Assembly: GCF_963921235.1 (NCBI RefSeq)
Contig: NC_086097.1
Span: 101,434,001 to 101,498,000, forward strand
DNA length: 64,000 bases
Origin: Mobula hypostoma
Lineage: Eukaryota
Direction: 5' to 3'
A program made the position numbers and the translations under genes. This document shows, piece after piece, positions 1-13,717 of the stretch. Within the stretch, counting starts at the first letter, position 1. Each line of letters opens with the position of its first letter. A model generated the notes under the pieces. That model was not told where the DNA came from. It saw nothing but the letters and a program-made list of their open reading frames with translations, and searched no databases.

Positions 1-581
1 GAGTACTTGTAACACCTTCAAATTTAGCAGGACCTCACTGCATTCAATCCCTGTCCTAACTCCTCTATCAGTTGCCCAAAACCAAAGCCACATCCCAGGA
101 GCGCGCACGCAGAGACTGGCCTCTGGCATGAGATGCTGGGAAGTTTAGTCATGCATCCCACTGGATCAGCACTCAGGGGAAGATGTAAGCAAACTGAGGC
201 CAGAAAAGTTGAACTTTCCTTTATCTTAGGCATTACTTGCATCTCACTGGACTGCAGAACTTGTGGCTTCAGACTCTAAATACAGAGAGAGAGGCACTGC
301 TGCAGTGCAGTGCAAATGCTGTACTACCAGAATTACCATCTTACAAACACACCATCAGACTGCTCATGTGAAGGGTAGGGCAGATCTCTGCCAGGGTCTG
401 GTCAATGTTCACCCCCTGCACCCTCTCACTACAAAGCTAAACAGACACACCTCTAGTGCTGTATGCCTGTGATGCTGCTGAAAATCCCTTTTGTACACGT
501 ACTTGTGCATCTGACAACAAACTCTGCTTTGACCCACTGAGCTCTTGCTGAAGCACAGGTCTTTGAGGTTCCCATTATTCA

Positions 582-710
<129 letters not shown>

Positions 711-845
711 TCATGGTTTGAAATACCTTTAAATTGTGCTGAATTACATGAAGCTGCCTTCTGATAGGACTACGAATGAGGTCCTATTGTGCTCGAGTCA
801 ATAACATCTGAGCTGGAGCTTGCTGGTGCAGGATAAACAATTTAT

Positions 846-1255
846 CTTCAAAGTTTCAAAGTACATTCATTATCAAAGTATATATATATTATGCAACCTT
901 GAGATCCATCTGCTTACAGACAGCCACAGAACAAGAAACCCAAAAGGGCCCAACTTTAAAAAAAAGACCAACACCCAATGCACAGAGAAAGAGGAAAAAA
1001 ACACAAATCATGCAAAAAATAAAAGCAAGCAGCAGCATTCTGAACCAGATTGAGTCCATAGACCTGGAGCAGGCCCATAACCTCAGTCTCAGCAGGGCAA
1101 ATGGCCACCAGCCGGCAGACAGGAAGCCTGGGGCGGCCGGAGCAGTGTCACAGCCTCAGCACTGTGGAGAGAGGAGTAAGCGTCAAGCAGAACCGGTGCG
1201 GCCCTCACCTCCGGTCCCAAAACCCTGCCTTTCCAGTCTATCTGGGCCAACATAA
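846..1255 (-). mobile_element. Old LINE/SINE 3' remnant (Rex1/Babar-type tail)
   Basis: Tail ttcaaagtacattcattatcaaagta is the reverse complement of the tail at ~1555-1585 and resembles the one at ~5498. Confidence 0.5.
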
Positions 1256-1359
1256 TATGTAATACACGCAGTTAAACCTACCCCAGCATGCGAAAATGGT
1301 CAGCCTCAAGCTGTCCAGGTGGCCTAGTGGTCCTGGAGAGGATGAAGAGGAAGTTCATT

Positions 1360-1587
1360 GAAACTGAACTGAATATGCCCAGACTCTTGCAATTGTGTGT
1401 TTTTCACTCATCTTTTTTGCCGTTGGAGTGATTTTATTTTGCACGTGGGGTTGGGGTTGGGGGTGGAGGGGAGGAGTTTGATGTTTTTCTTTGGATGGGC
1501 TCCATGGTTCTTGACTGCCTGCAGGGAAGGTGAATCTCGGGGTTGTATACTACATACATACTTGATAACAAAATGTACTTTGAATCT
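1360..1587 (+). mobile_element. LINE 3' UTR remnant (Rex1/Babar-type tail)
   Basis: gaatctcggggttgtata...tacttgataacaaaatgtactttgaa; the same tail follows the Rex1/Babar ORF remnant at 7965-8010. Confidence 0.5.
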
Positions 1588-2284
1588 TAGAAAGAGTGGT
1601 CACAGATCAGTTCAACTGATAAGCTCTGGGTTTGGAGTGTTAGATTCCTGTTTGGCAAGGTTATCAACAGTTAAAGAAATGATAGGAAAGATTCCCAGGG
1701 TTTAACAGCCCAATCCTGTTCTCTCTAAGCCATTCCAAAACTATTTTGTTACCTATTTAAAAGTCAGTGAAAACATAAACGTTTTCTGTAATAGGCTAAT
1801 CCTTACCTTGGCTCTCTAATATTGTTTACACCTGCAGTACACGCTGTTGCTAAGTGCTGACTGGCATGTTAACCAGCTCTGTGCCACACCCCCCTACTGC
1901 CTTGCCCTCTGTCGCATTTGCTCAGAAACAAGACACACGTCCTGCTAAATATTGCACCTTTAAGTGGGGCACCAGCTGTGCTCAGCGGCCGTGCAGGGAA
2001 CCACTGGCATCACAGCTACAACAGAAACCTGGTTATGTAAAGCCACAGGCACAAGCCACGTCTGCACAAAACTCACAGCGTCTCAGGCACATAGCATCAC
2101 GTAAGCAACACTCGCAAGAAAACATAAATTATATACAATTTTTACAAAAAGGACCACAATTAGAACACAAAATATCCATTTTATTGCAAAGTGATCAAAG
2201 TGTTGCTAAACTAAGATAGCAAAACTAAAGCAGTACCATTCAACAAAAACATGGCATGAGCGACTCAACGAAAAACCAGGACAG

Positions 2285-2500
2285 AAAAAGAAAGCACACA
2301 TCAAACAACAACGAATCTGCCAGGGGAACTCGGCATGTCCGGCAGGCACGTGGAGCGTAAGGAATTGCCAGTGTTTTGGGTTGAGACCCTGCATCAGTAT
2401 GAGAACCCTCTCCCTCCCTCATGCACGCTGCTCAACCCACTGAGTTCCTCCAGCACGTTGCGTACTGCTCCAGATTCCAGCATCTGAAGTCCCTTGTGTC
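2285..2500. mobile_element. Penelope terminal fragments in inverted arrangement
   Basis: Minus-strand ctgatgcagggtctcaacccaaaac is followed by plus-strand ctgagttcctccagc...agattccagcatctg. Both resemble the terminus of the Penelope at 25862-26000. Confidence 0.55.
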
Positions 2501-3189
2501 CCCAAAGTAAGTTTTAAGATGCTCCTTACTGAAAGGAAGAGGGATGATAAACTCAGGGCTGGGCAGCCAAGGTGTGGCTCCCGTTGACAGGGCAAGTAAA
2601 CTAACGTGCGATCAAGACCAGGTTGAGTGCAGATATCTGGGGGGTTGAGAAAGCCTTGCACAGCTACACAGGAGCATGCATCAAGAACCTAGATCAAGAC
2701 ATTGGCTAATTGGAAGCAGAAGGTGGCCAAAGATGGGGATGGGATGTGTGTGTGGGGGGCGGAGGGGGATGGAGGCAAGAAGTCACTGTGAGCCCACCTC
2801 ACAGGTGAGTTCTGCAGAAATGGGGTACAGAGGAGCAAGAAGGTATTCTCCGAGTAACAGAAGACATCACTAGACCTCTGACAGAAGCTGGGTAGTTCAG
2901 CGCTGGTGGGACTCAGAGCTAGATCTCTGAGACTTGGATTCAGGAGCAGAGAGGAAGGAAGGCTGCAGTGAAGTTCAGCGAGGTGCAGACTGTCACAGTG
3001 GTGGTAGTGGTGAGGGAGAGGTAGATTATTAGGGGAACCAGCAAGAGGAATCAGTTTATTGCTGAGGGACAGATAGGGTGTTAAGACCAGGTCACCATGA
3101 TTATTACAAACAAATATCACTGTGTCCCCAAGGTAATCTGCAAAATACCATTATGTCCCCTGGGCTGACTCCACCTGTAACAACAAGAA

Positions 3190-4452
<1,263 letters not shown>

Positions 4453-5491
4453 TCAGTGGGTGGTAGAGGGAAGGGATTTAGTTCTGGGCTCCCCCTCCCC
4501 CTTTAGTACAGCGGGGGTGTGGGGGCGTACAGGACGCCATCTCTTTAATTGTTTGGCACATTCTGGACACCAGTAACAAGGCTGGCATTTATTACCTCTT
4601 ACGAAGTGCCGCCTGTAACTCTGCCTTTTACAACCGAGAGTCTCGCTGGGCGAATCTGCAGTGAACATATGGCCGCCCCGCTGCCGAGAGTCTGTCAGCA
4701 GTGCTGTTCCGACCCACCTCCTCGCTATCCAGCGCTACCCGTGCCTCCTTTTAAAGCCGGACGACTTTCATGGTTTGGAATAGAGGGGAGGAGAGGGGCT
4801 GGGTAAGAGAAGGGAGAGAGAAGATCTCGTCTGAAGACAAACTATTCAGAATTCCTCCAGTACGTTTAATGTGCGAGTTGAATCAGTCAGCTGACTAAGT
4901 AAACATGCTGACCTCGACACTGGGGGCATGAAGTAGATGAGGGGTAGTAGAGGGAGGCAGTGCATCCCGTGAGTGTGCAAAGGGTCACCTCTCTCTACCA
5001 GAGGTACGTCCATTGCCTTGTTCAGCCCCTCTGTGTGGCCATTGGACCAGAAGCTGAGGTGCTGAACCAACTAGTCAGCAGCTCCCTCGGCCTGTAGTTG
5101 ATGCAACAGCTGATGAGCTGGCGGAAGGCGCGCTAATGGAGTCCGTGGTGTGTGGTGTGGGATTTATTGTCCAGAGAAGGGTCCCACATCCCATCAGCTC
5201 ACTTGACAGGCAAGGCTCGGCCACGCTGTCCTGTCAGAGGACTCGAGTCACCTTCTGTGCCAGGGCGATCCCCGTGGTCCACAACATATCCGTCGATCAA
5301 CCAGCCCCGTCCCGAGATCAGCAGCGGAGTAGTACCAGAACCTCTTGGTAAATAAGTGGCAAAATGACACTGAGAAAACAATAAAGCCTGTATAGATTTA
5401 TAAACGGGAAGTCAGGCCTGAAAAATCAGTAACGGTTTTTTTGGAGGTTGTAATTGGGCGAGGACATTCCTTGCCTGTGGCATTTCGATGT

Positions 5492-5855
5492 TCAGATGTT
5501 CAAAGTAATTTTATTATCAAAATACAGATATGTTGCCATATGCAACCCCAAGATTCATTTTCTTGCAGGCATGCTCAATAAATCCATAATAGGATAATAA
5601 CTATAATAGAATCAATGAAAGACCTCACCAGCCAGCAGTGTGCAAAAGACGACAGCTGTGAAAATACAAAACGAAATAATAATAAATATAAATATCAATA
5701 ACAGGAGATGAAGGGTCCTTGAAAATGGGCCCATAGGTTGTACGGAACAGTTCAGTGATGGGGCAGGTGAAGATGAGTGAAGTTATCCCTGCTGGTTCAA
5801 GAGCCTGATGGTTGAAGGGCAGCAACTGTCCCTGAACCTGGTGGTGTGGGCCCAG
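5492..5855 (-). mobile_element. Rex1/Babar-like LINE 3' remnant
   Basis: C-terminal motif HTTRFRDSCCPSTIRLLN plus the tail ttgataataaaattactttgaac. Confidence 0.65.
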
Positions 5856-5994
5856 TATGGTTTTCTTACAGATAACTTACTACACTTGCTTTCAGGTAGA
5901 ATATGGATGTTTTTGAAATGATGCAGAAGAGGTTCTCTGGGATCTGCCTGGATTAGAGAACTACCTACAAGGAGGGGATGGCCAACCACGGTAA

Positions 5995-6175
5995 GTTGTT
6001 TTCTCTAGAGAGTCGGAGGTTGAGGGGAGACCTGGAAAAGTTTATAAAGTTTTGATAGGCATAGTTTTGGTAGACTGTCAGACTTTTTCAACCAATTACT
6101 AGAGGCCAATGATTAAGATGAAGGAGGAGAAAGTTTAAAGGAGATTTATGTGGCAGGTTTTTTTAGTGCAGAGAG
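5995..6175 (+). mobile_element. Degraded CR1 ORF2 3' fragment
   Basis: ttctctagagagtcggaggttgaggggagacctg resembles the SLEFRRLRGDL region of the larger CR1 copies. Confidence 0.55.
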
Positions 6176-6299
6176 GGGGCATCACTGGGCCAGAACATAA
6201 TGTGGAGAGATGCAGCTCCTGTATATAAATCAGCACTGATCAATACTTTCACCCTTCTTCCTGTCAGATCTGCAGCCTCTTGTCACCCCCCCCAGCCTC

Positions 6300-6520
6300 C
6301 GTTGCTATTGTCTATCTGTCTATCACCCCTCCTCACCTGAATCCACCTAACGCCTGTCAGATCTTGCACCACCCCTTCCCCTCACCTCTTACGCTGGCTG
6401 TCTCCCCGCTACCAGTCCAGATGAAGGGTCTCGGCAGGAAACAAACTGTTTCCCTCCCCAGCTGCTGCTCAGCCCACGGAGTGCTCCAGCATCCTGCGTG
6501 TTGCTTCTGATTTCAGCCTC
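6300..6520 (+). mobile_element. Penelope 3' terminal fragment with decayed hammerhead motif
   Basis: Pyrimidine-rich UTR followed by cagtccagatgaagggtctcggcaggaaac and ctccagcatcctgcgtgttgct. Confidence 0.6.
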
Positions 6521-7422
6521 TCTCTCAGCACCGATTACAAACACCAGATTCATACACAAGTTACATGTGTGTGCCTTCCCTGTGCCCGTGCCAGAACATG
6601 AAATGTGGAAGGAATGTACTGATTGTTATGGATGTCACAACCCCTACCCACTGAACTGAGCCCAGAGCCCGTCAGTTGGAGCCACTGTGCTCTCCTCTCA
6701 CTCACGACTCAGAAGCACATAACATATACAGGAAGTCCCTGAGAACTGTTCAAATCAAATCAGAGCAAATTGAATTATCATTCAACCATACATGAATACA
6801 GCCGAACAAAACACCATTCCTCAGGGGCCAAGGTGAAAAACATACACAGAATATTCAAAATAGCGAATCAAAAAAAGGACATAGTCATGCAAAAAAAACA
6901 TTTATATAGTCCAAGACCCTGAGTGACCTGTCCCACAAATTGATGGTGCAGTTCTCGACAAATCAGCCTGACATTCCACCTATCGAACACTGGAGGGCAG
7001 CACTGATGGCAGAGGCCAGCTCCCCACCGAACAAGGAACAGAGCATGGACACTGCTCTACACTGTCTCCAGCATCTCCTCATCTGCAGTACAGCAGCAGG
7101 CAAGCCCACGGTTTGATGTCCAGTCCTTGTTACCGCAGAGGCTACACTGCCTGCCTACCCCAAACAAGGAAAACAAGCTTGCGGCCACTTACAATATCGA
7201 TGTCCTACAGGGTCCCGCGATTGCAAGTGGAACTCAAACTGTTCCTCAAGTCAGAAATGAGAAACGGTGTGTAGGAGAGGGTTACAGAAACAACCTTGAT
7301 GGAGACCGAAGCAGGCAAGGAAAGAGCAATGGACAGCCAGCCTCACTGACTCGGTGTTGTCATTTCACAGGACTTGACCTGGGCCGACAGCACAAGTGCA
7401 ACTACAAAGAAACCACAGAAGT

Positions 7423-8012
7423 GCCTTTACTTTCTTAGCAGTTTACAAAGATTCGGCATGACTTTGACAAACTTCTAGAGACACATGGTGGAAAATCCTA
7501 CAAAGATGCCCTTGAATGGAAAATCCTACACAGAGTAGTGGATACGGCCTAGTCTATCACGGGTAAAGCCCTCCCCACCATTGAGCACATCTACATGAAG
7601 CATTGTCACAGGAAAGCAGCATCTATCATCAGGGTCCCCCACCACCCAGATCATGCTCTCTTCTTGTTGCTGTCATCAGAAAGAAGATACAGGAGCCTCA
7701 GGACCTACACCACCAGGTTCAGGAACAGTTATGATGCCTCAACCATCAGGCTCCTGAACCAGAGGGGATAACTTCACTTGCCCCATTACTGAACTGTTCC
7801 CATAACCTATAGACTCACTTTGATATTTATTGCTTATTTATTTATTATTATTTCTTTTATTTTCCTTTGTATTTGCAGTTTACTGCTGTTTGCACACTGG
7901 CCATCTGTCCTGGTGGGTGTGGTCTTTCATTGATTCTATTATGGGTATTGGATTTATTGAGTATGCCTGCAAGGAAATGAATCTCAGAGTTCTATATGGT
8001 GACATATATATG
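7423..8012 (+). mobile_element. Rex1/Babar-like LINE 3' remnant
   Basis: Decayed RRYRSLRTYTTRFRNSYDASTIRLLNQ motif (~7681-7762) and 3' UTR. Confidence 0.7.
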
Positions 8013-8545
8013 TAAGGGGTTTCTTCTTTTATGTTACTACGTATGTTAATCAAAATGGCTTCTTTGTTATGTTAAATGCTGATAAAGTCTCTAGCTAGCA
8101 GTTTGCTTGGGTTATAATATAGGTAACAGAGTAAATGAACCAATGGGTGCCCATATTATTCTTTCTTGGGGTGATATGCTGTCTCATATGGCTGGGAAAC
8201 GGGGGTTTTGGCGGGGAGTTGGAGGAGAGACCGGGAGGACGACGGACGTGCGGAGACAGCTCAGGGTCGATCACTCCGGGTGCTCCCGAGCTGCGAGTCG
8301 AGGGGGTCGGAATGGATCGCAGAGGGAAGAAAGGAGGTCCCAAGCTCCAACGTGCACATGAAGAAATTGAACTTTGATATGTCTGGCACCTTTTTCATTC
8401 CTTTTTTGTATTGAACTTCTATTAATCTCATAGACTTAGTAATATCTATAAAGTGTAATTGGTAAAACGTACATTGTGTGCTGGCTGATGATTGATGTTT
8501 GAAGCTGAATCAAGTGGCATTTGTACAGCAACCGACATAACCGGG
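8011..8545. mobile_element. Possible partial LTR
   Basis: Starts TGTAAGGGG where the LINE tail breaks off and has LTR-like composition. No CA end or TSD found. Confidence 0.3.
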
Positions 8546-9304
8546 AGACAAGGTGGGCTCGATTCCACTCAGCCCCCAACTGTTGTGGCTCATGGAAAGA
8601 AGGTATGCAGAAATGTCCCGTTTCCACCCTACAGGAGATCCCTGCAGCTGGCAAATCCATCTCAACCCATCCTGCCGGTCATCTGACGTACAGTGGGTGG
8701 GGGGAGGTGTTTGGGTTTTGAAACTTGGCTCTTTGCTCTGATTTCTCAACTAGGACTCTGCAGGAGATACAGAAAAGCAGCAGCTTGTAGCTTCTCTGAT
8801 CAGTGTAGCTCCCACGCATTCACGCAGTACCTCGCACAGTACGACCATGTAACCAGTAAAATAATTTTTTTGAGTGGAGTCACAGTCGTGTTGTAGGAAA
8901 GGTCTTTGCTCCTTTGGTTTTTAGGATTTATAGTTCACCTGATCTTCTTGGTTCCCATTTGTGGAGCCTTGGTAGATCCCATCAGTCATATTTCACCACT
9001 CATTCCCTGCAGCTTTGCAAACTATTCTTATTAAATACTGTGACCAATTCAATTTCTATCACTGCTACAGTCTGCAAGCTCCCAACCATAATGACTTCCC
9101 AGCAAGCAATCTTCCCTCAGCTAGTCCTTTCTACCTTTAAACCCCTATTTGCCTGGTTCATTTCTGGGATGAGTCTCAGTCCATCAAGCGCATCCAGACC
9201 AGTCAAAGTCTCCATCCAACTTTCTTTGGACCAAGGGGATTGATGCATCCAGCTGAACCTCAATGTATCCTCCTAAGAATCAGTTTAGTAAACACATTTC
9301 TCAG

Positions 9305-9404
9305 AAACGCACACGAAAAGCTGGAGGAACTCAGCAGCTCAGGCAGCATCTATGGAAATGAATAAACAGTCAACATTTCAGGCCAAGACTCTTCTTCAGG
9401 ACTG
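9305..9404 (-). mobile_element. Penelope terminal fragment with near-intact hammerhead core
   Basis: Reverse strand reads cagtc-ctgaaga-agagtcttggcct-gaaa-tgtt-gactg then gatgctgcctgagctgctgagttcctccagc. Confidence 0.7.
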
Positions 9405-9439
9405 TACATTTCTCTCTAGGACCTTTGCCTTCTTCCTTT

Positions 9440-11570
9440 ATACCTTATTGTCAACAAACAATTGATACTAGAGCGTACAATCATCACAGTAATATTTGAT
9501 TCTGCGCTTCGCGCTCCCTGGAGTACAAATCGATAGTAAATATTAAGAATTTAAATTATAAATCATAAATAGAAAATAGAAAAGGGAAAGTAAGGTAGTG
9601 CAAAAAAACTGAGAGGCAGGTCCGGATATTTGAAGGGTACGGCCCAGATTCGGGTCAGGATCTGTTCAGCAGTCTTATCACAGTTGGAAAGAAGCTGTTC
9701 CCAAATCCGGCTGTACGAGTCTTCAAGCTCCTGAGCCTTCTCCCAGAGGGAAGAGGGACGAAGAGTGTGTTGGCTGGGTGGGTCGTGTCTTTGATTATCC
9801 TGGCAGCACTGAAGGACAGAAGATTGGTTTGTGTGATGTGCTGCGCCGTGTTCACGATCTTCTGCAGCTTCTTCCGGTCTTGGACAGGACAATTCCCATA
9901 AGCACTCTAGAAGAATGCTTTCTATGGTGCATCTATAAAAATTAGTGAGGGTTTTAGGGGCCAGGTCAAATTTCTTTAGCTTTCTCAGGAAGAAAAGGCG
10001 CTGGTGGGCCTTCTTGGCAGTAGACTCTGCTTGGTTGGACCAAGTCAGTTCATTTGTGATATTGACCCCGAGGAGCTTAAAACTTTTGACCTGTTCCACT
10101 TGCGCACCACCGATGTAAATGGGGTCGTGCGGTCTGCTACTCCTTCTGAAGTCAACAACCAATTCCTTCTTCTTGCTGACATTGAGGGATAGGTTATTAT
10201 CTTCGCACCATGCCACCAGGTTCTTAATTTCCTGTCTGTACTGTTACATACTTCAAGGAGATCATTTTTTTTGTGAGAATGATGTAATGGTCTTTTGGAG
10301 GTCACCTGATGTAATTTTCCTGCCGATGTGAGGTCACGTGATGACATTTTCACAACAGTTATATAAGGGAAGACCTCAAATGACGCAGTTAGTTTTTAGT
10401 TTTCCAGCTAGAACGTTGATGTGTCTCCGTTTCTGTTGCGCATTTGTTTTTATGACGCAGTTTCATTTTTAAAATGGAGTGTTACATTCTGTTGCAAGGT
10501 ACAATGGTGCGGGACTGGAAATTTTTGCTAGATGTGTTGATGTACCTTATTCCAGCAGTAGTATGGGAGAGTGAAGACTTTATCAAGGTACAGGACCCGA
10601 AGGATTGTGAGGAATCGGTATTGTTTGGCAGTTTAACAAAGGATTGACCTTATTGAGTCTTCATTGAAGGAGTAATGACCTGCATCGAAGATAACTCTTG
10701 CCAAAAGAGAAAAGAGTTCATGCAAGGAGCTCTCTAGAATTTAAGGTCAGTTGTTTTAAACTGTTTATTTCCTGCATCGTGAATCCTTTGGACAGAACCA
10801 GCAGGAAAGTCCTGTCTATGAAGAAATCTTTCTCCAGAGAAGTCTCTCCCAACTGAACATATAAATCTGTTGGATTTTCGAATTTACCATTTTAAGAACT
10901 ATATCTGACTTTACCGCTTTAAGAACTGTTTTTGCATTTAACGCTTTAAGAACCAGTGCCGAGTGACAATTTGTTGAACGGCTGCATAGTGGTTAACTTC
11001 CAGTTAAGGTTTTTGTTTGTTTTTTTTTAATCATTTATCCATGTTTAATAAATGTTTGGTTGTTTTTATATAACTTGTCTCCATTGATATTCATTGTTGC
11101 CGGTTACGTAGCAGTACTCAAACTCATCATTACCCGAGATACGGCCTACAATTGTGCTGTCATCAGCAAACTTGTATATTGAGTTCGATGGAAACTTTGC
11201 TACACAATCATGGGCGTACAGTGAGTACAGCAGGGGGCTGAGTACACAGCCTTGTGGGGCACCGGTGCTCAGAGTGATTGTAGAGGAGAGCTTGTCCCCT
11301 ATTTTTACAGCCTGGGTCCTGTCTGTGAGGAAATTTAAGACCCAGCTGCACATCTGAGTGTTAAGGCCCAGGTTCCGGAGCTTAGGAATCAGTTTATTTG
11401 GAATGATGGTATTAAAGGCAGAGCTGTAGCCAATGAAAAGGAGCCTTATGTATGCGTCTTTAATCTCCAGGTGTCCTAAGGAGGAATGTAGGGCCAGAGA
11501 GATGGCATCTGCTATTGATCTGTTGTTCCGGTAGGGGAATTGCAAAGTGTCGAGGTTGACCGGTAGGTTT
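9440..11570 (-). mobile_element. 5'-truncated Rex1/Babar-like LINE (RT region), split by a solo LTR
   Basis: ORF pieces 11066-11545 ([33 protein letters not shown]) and 9563-10216 (WCEDNNLSLNVSK, KKAHQRLFFLRKLK) join in frame when 10242-11113 and one TSD copy are removed. Confidence 0.88.
10242..11113 (+). mobile_element. Solo LTR (872 bp)
   Basis: TGTTAC...GTAGCA termini, 4-bp TSD GTAC (10238-10241 and 11114-11117), TATATAA near 10360 and AATAAA near 11047. Confidence 0.85.
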
Positions 11571-11769
11571 GTGTTAGAAATAGTTGAGGAATCAATCTTC
11601 TACTGCTGCAGAATTCCCTCCCTGTACACGTCACAGTCTATCATAGCACAGTGGAGAAAAATAAAAACCACCGATGCCTCAAATGGGAGATGACAGATAC
11701 ACACAGCAGGAGCCAGGCAGCATCAGTAGAGCGACAGAGAGAGTGTGAGTCAATGTTTCTGATCCAGGA

Positions 11770-12525
11770 CAATCATACAACACAGAAACAGGTGCTTTAG
11801 CCTAACTTGTACACGGCAACCTAGTTGCCTACCTGACAGTCCCATTTGCCTACTTTCGGCCTATATCTCTAAACCTTCCCTATATTCCTCTAAACCTTCC
11901 CTATTCAAGACTGTGACAATCCTCCTCTATGCCCTTGATAGTCTACAAGGTCACCCCTCAGAAAAATCAGTTCTAGCCTATCCAGTCTCTTGTACCTTGT
12001 GCCTTCCAGTCCTGGCAAATTCTAGTGAATCTTTTCTACACTTTCTCTAGCTTACTCACATCCTTCTTATAGTAATGACAACCAGAACTATATACAATAT
12101 CTTCTTGTCACATCCAGTGAAGACAAGCACGCCATTCATTACCTTCACCTCATCTATCTGATTTGCCACTTGCAGGGAATTTGTAATTGCACCCACCCTG
12201 ACCACTTCCTCAGGCAGCTGGTTCCACATACTGTACTTAGCTTATATACATACTTGGTGCACCAGACCCACTAGGCCAAATGGCCCTATTTCTGCTCCTA
12301 CGTCTTATCTTATCATCTTAACTCTCAGGTCTATCTACCATCTTTCCCTTTCCACCTTAAACCTATGCCCTCTAGTTCAAGATCCCCCTTGAATGAACAC
12401 TCTCCTGATTTTATAAGGTTACCTCCTACTATTGTACACTCCAAAAAACAAAGTCCCACTCTCCCCAACTTCTCCCTATAGCTCAGGCCCTTGAATCCTA
12501 GCAATATTCTAATAAATCTCTTTCA
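11770..12525 (-). mobile_element. Heavily decayed CR1 3' fragments, with a plus-strand CR1-type tail at ~12260-12315
   Basis: catacaacacagaaacagg tail and ctatgccctctagtt; ggccaaatggccctatttctgctcct on the plus strand. Confidence 0.5.
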
Positions 12526-12849
12526 ATTTAGGAAAGATTCCATAACTAACAGTTTTTACCTCTCCAAGATGGTCACCTGGCAGCCAAGACCTCACAGACC
12601 TGGTGCGTACCTCCCTGGTTTCTCACTGTTGCTCTCTAAGTTTTTGACCTCAAGGAGCAGATTGTCATCAATGTAGAGCCGCACTGACTCCCAATGTAAC
12701 AGATGTTACAATTATGGTCATCCGGGTTTAAATTCTCCTTGCTCTGTCACGTCCTTGCTTTCTCACCTTGAACCTACATCCCTCCCACCTTTCACTCACT
12801 CCCTACATGGCACCACTGACAGCTAGTAAAACACAGGCAGTTGTAATTC

Positions 12850-13378
12850 CCTTCATCAGGACTGGAGAAAAACAGTTGAGGAGTCAGAGTTAGAATGTGG
12901 AGGAGGGGAGGAAGAAACACAAGGTGAAAGGTGAAATCAGGAGGTGGGGTCATTCTAGAAACCTCTGGTGATGTCTTCCCCCCCCTCACTGTTTCCCATT
13001 CATTCCCTTTTCCCTCTCTCACCTGATCTCCTTACCTGCCTGTTACCTCCCTCTGATGCTCCTCCCCCTTTTCTTTCTTCCACAGCCTTCTGTCCTCTCC
13101 CCCTTTTCCAGCTCTTTATCTCTTTCACAAATCAACTTCCCAGCTCTTGACTTTACCCACCACCCCCGCCCCCCGGGTTTCACCCATCACCTTGTATTTC
13201 TCCCTCCTCTCCCCACCCACACCTCACTCTGACTCGTCTATTTCTCTTCAGTCCTGCTGAAGGGTCTCAGCCCAAAACATCAACTGTTTACTCTTTTCCA
13301 CAGATGCTGCCTGGCCTGCTGAGTTCCTCCAGTATTTTGCTTGTGTTCCTTGGATTTCCAGCATCTGCAGTTTTTCTT
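12850..13378. mobile_element. Penelope 3' UTR/terminus fragments, inverted pair
   Basis: A minus piece (ccagtcctgatgaaggg, ~12850-12950) abuts a plus piece ending gatgctgcctggcctgctgagttcctccag...gatttccagcatctgcag. Confidence 0.7.
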
Positions 13379-13717
13379 TGTTGTAATTTCCCTTCTCCAG
13401 CAGACGTCACTAGGGAGCAGTCGGTTTAGCCCCTGCATGCTTCCTGGCCTAAAGGAAACTACTACTCTTTTGCAGCTCTAGCTCTGCTGGTCAAACCGGT
13501 TTAGGGTTAGATTACATGGTCTCCACAATTAGTACATATAAATGTGTTGGAGATTCTCAGCGCCATCTGTGGGCAGAGGAGGACTGGAGGCATGTGTAAC
13601 GTTTGCCTGATGAGGTCTGCAACTTGAAACATCTCCCTCCATGGATGCCATCTCACCTCTGAGCAGTTACAACAGTTTCTCATCTTTTATTTCAGATTTA
13701 CAGCATTTGGGGTATAT

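Noticed and set aside
4846..5381. GC-rich unique stretch with several short ORFs, possibly an exon or pseudogene
   Set aside because: No protein family recognised in any frame and no convincing splice pair; a tBLASTx search would be needed.
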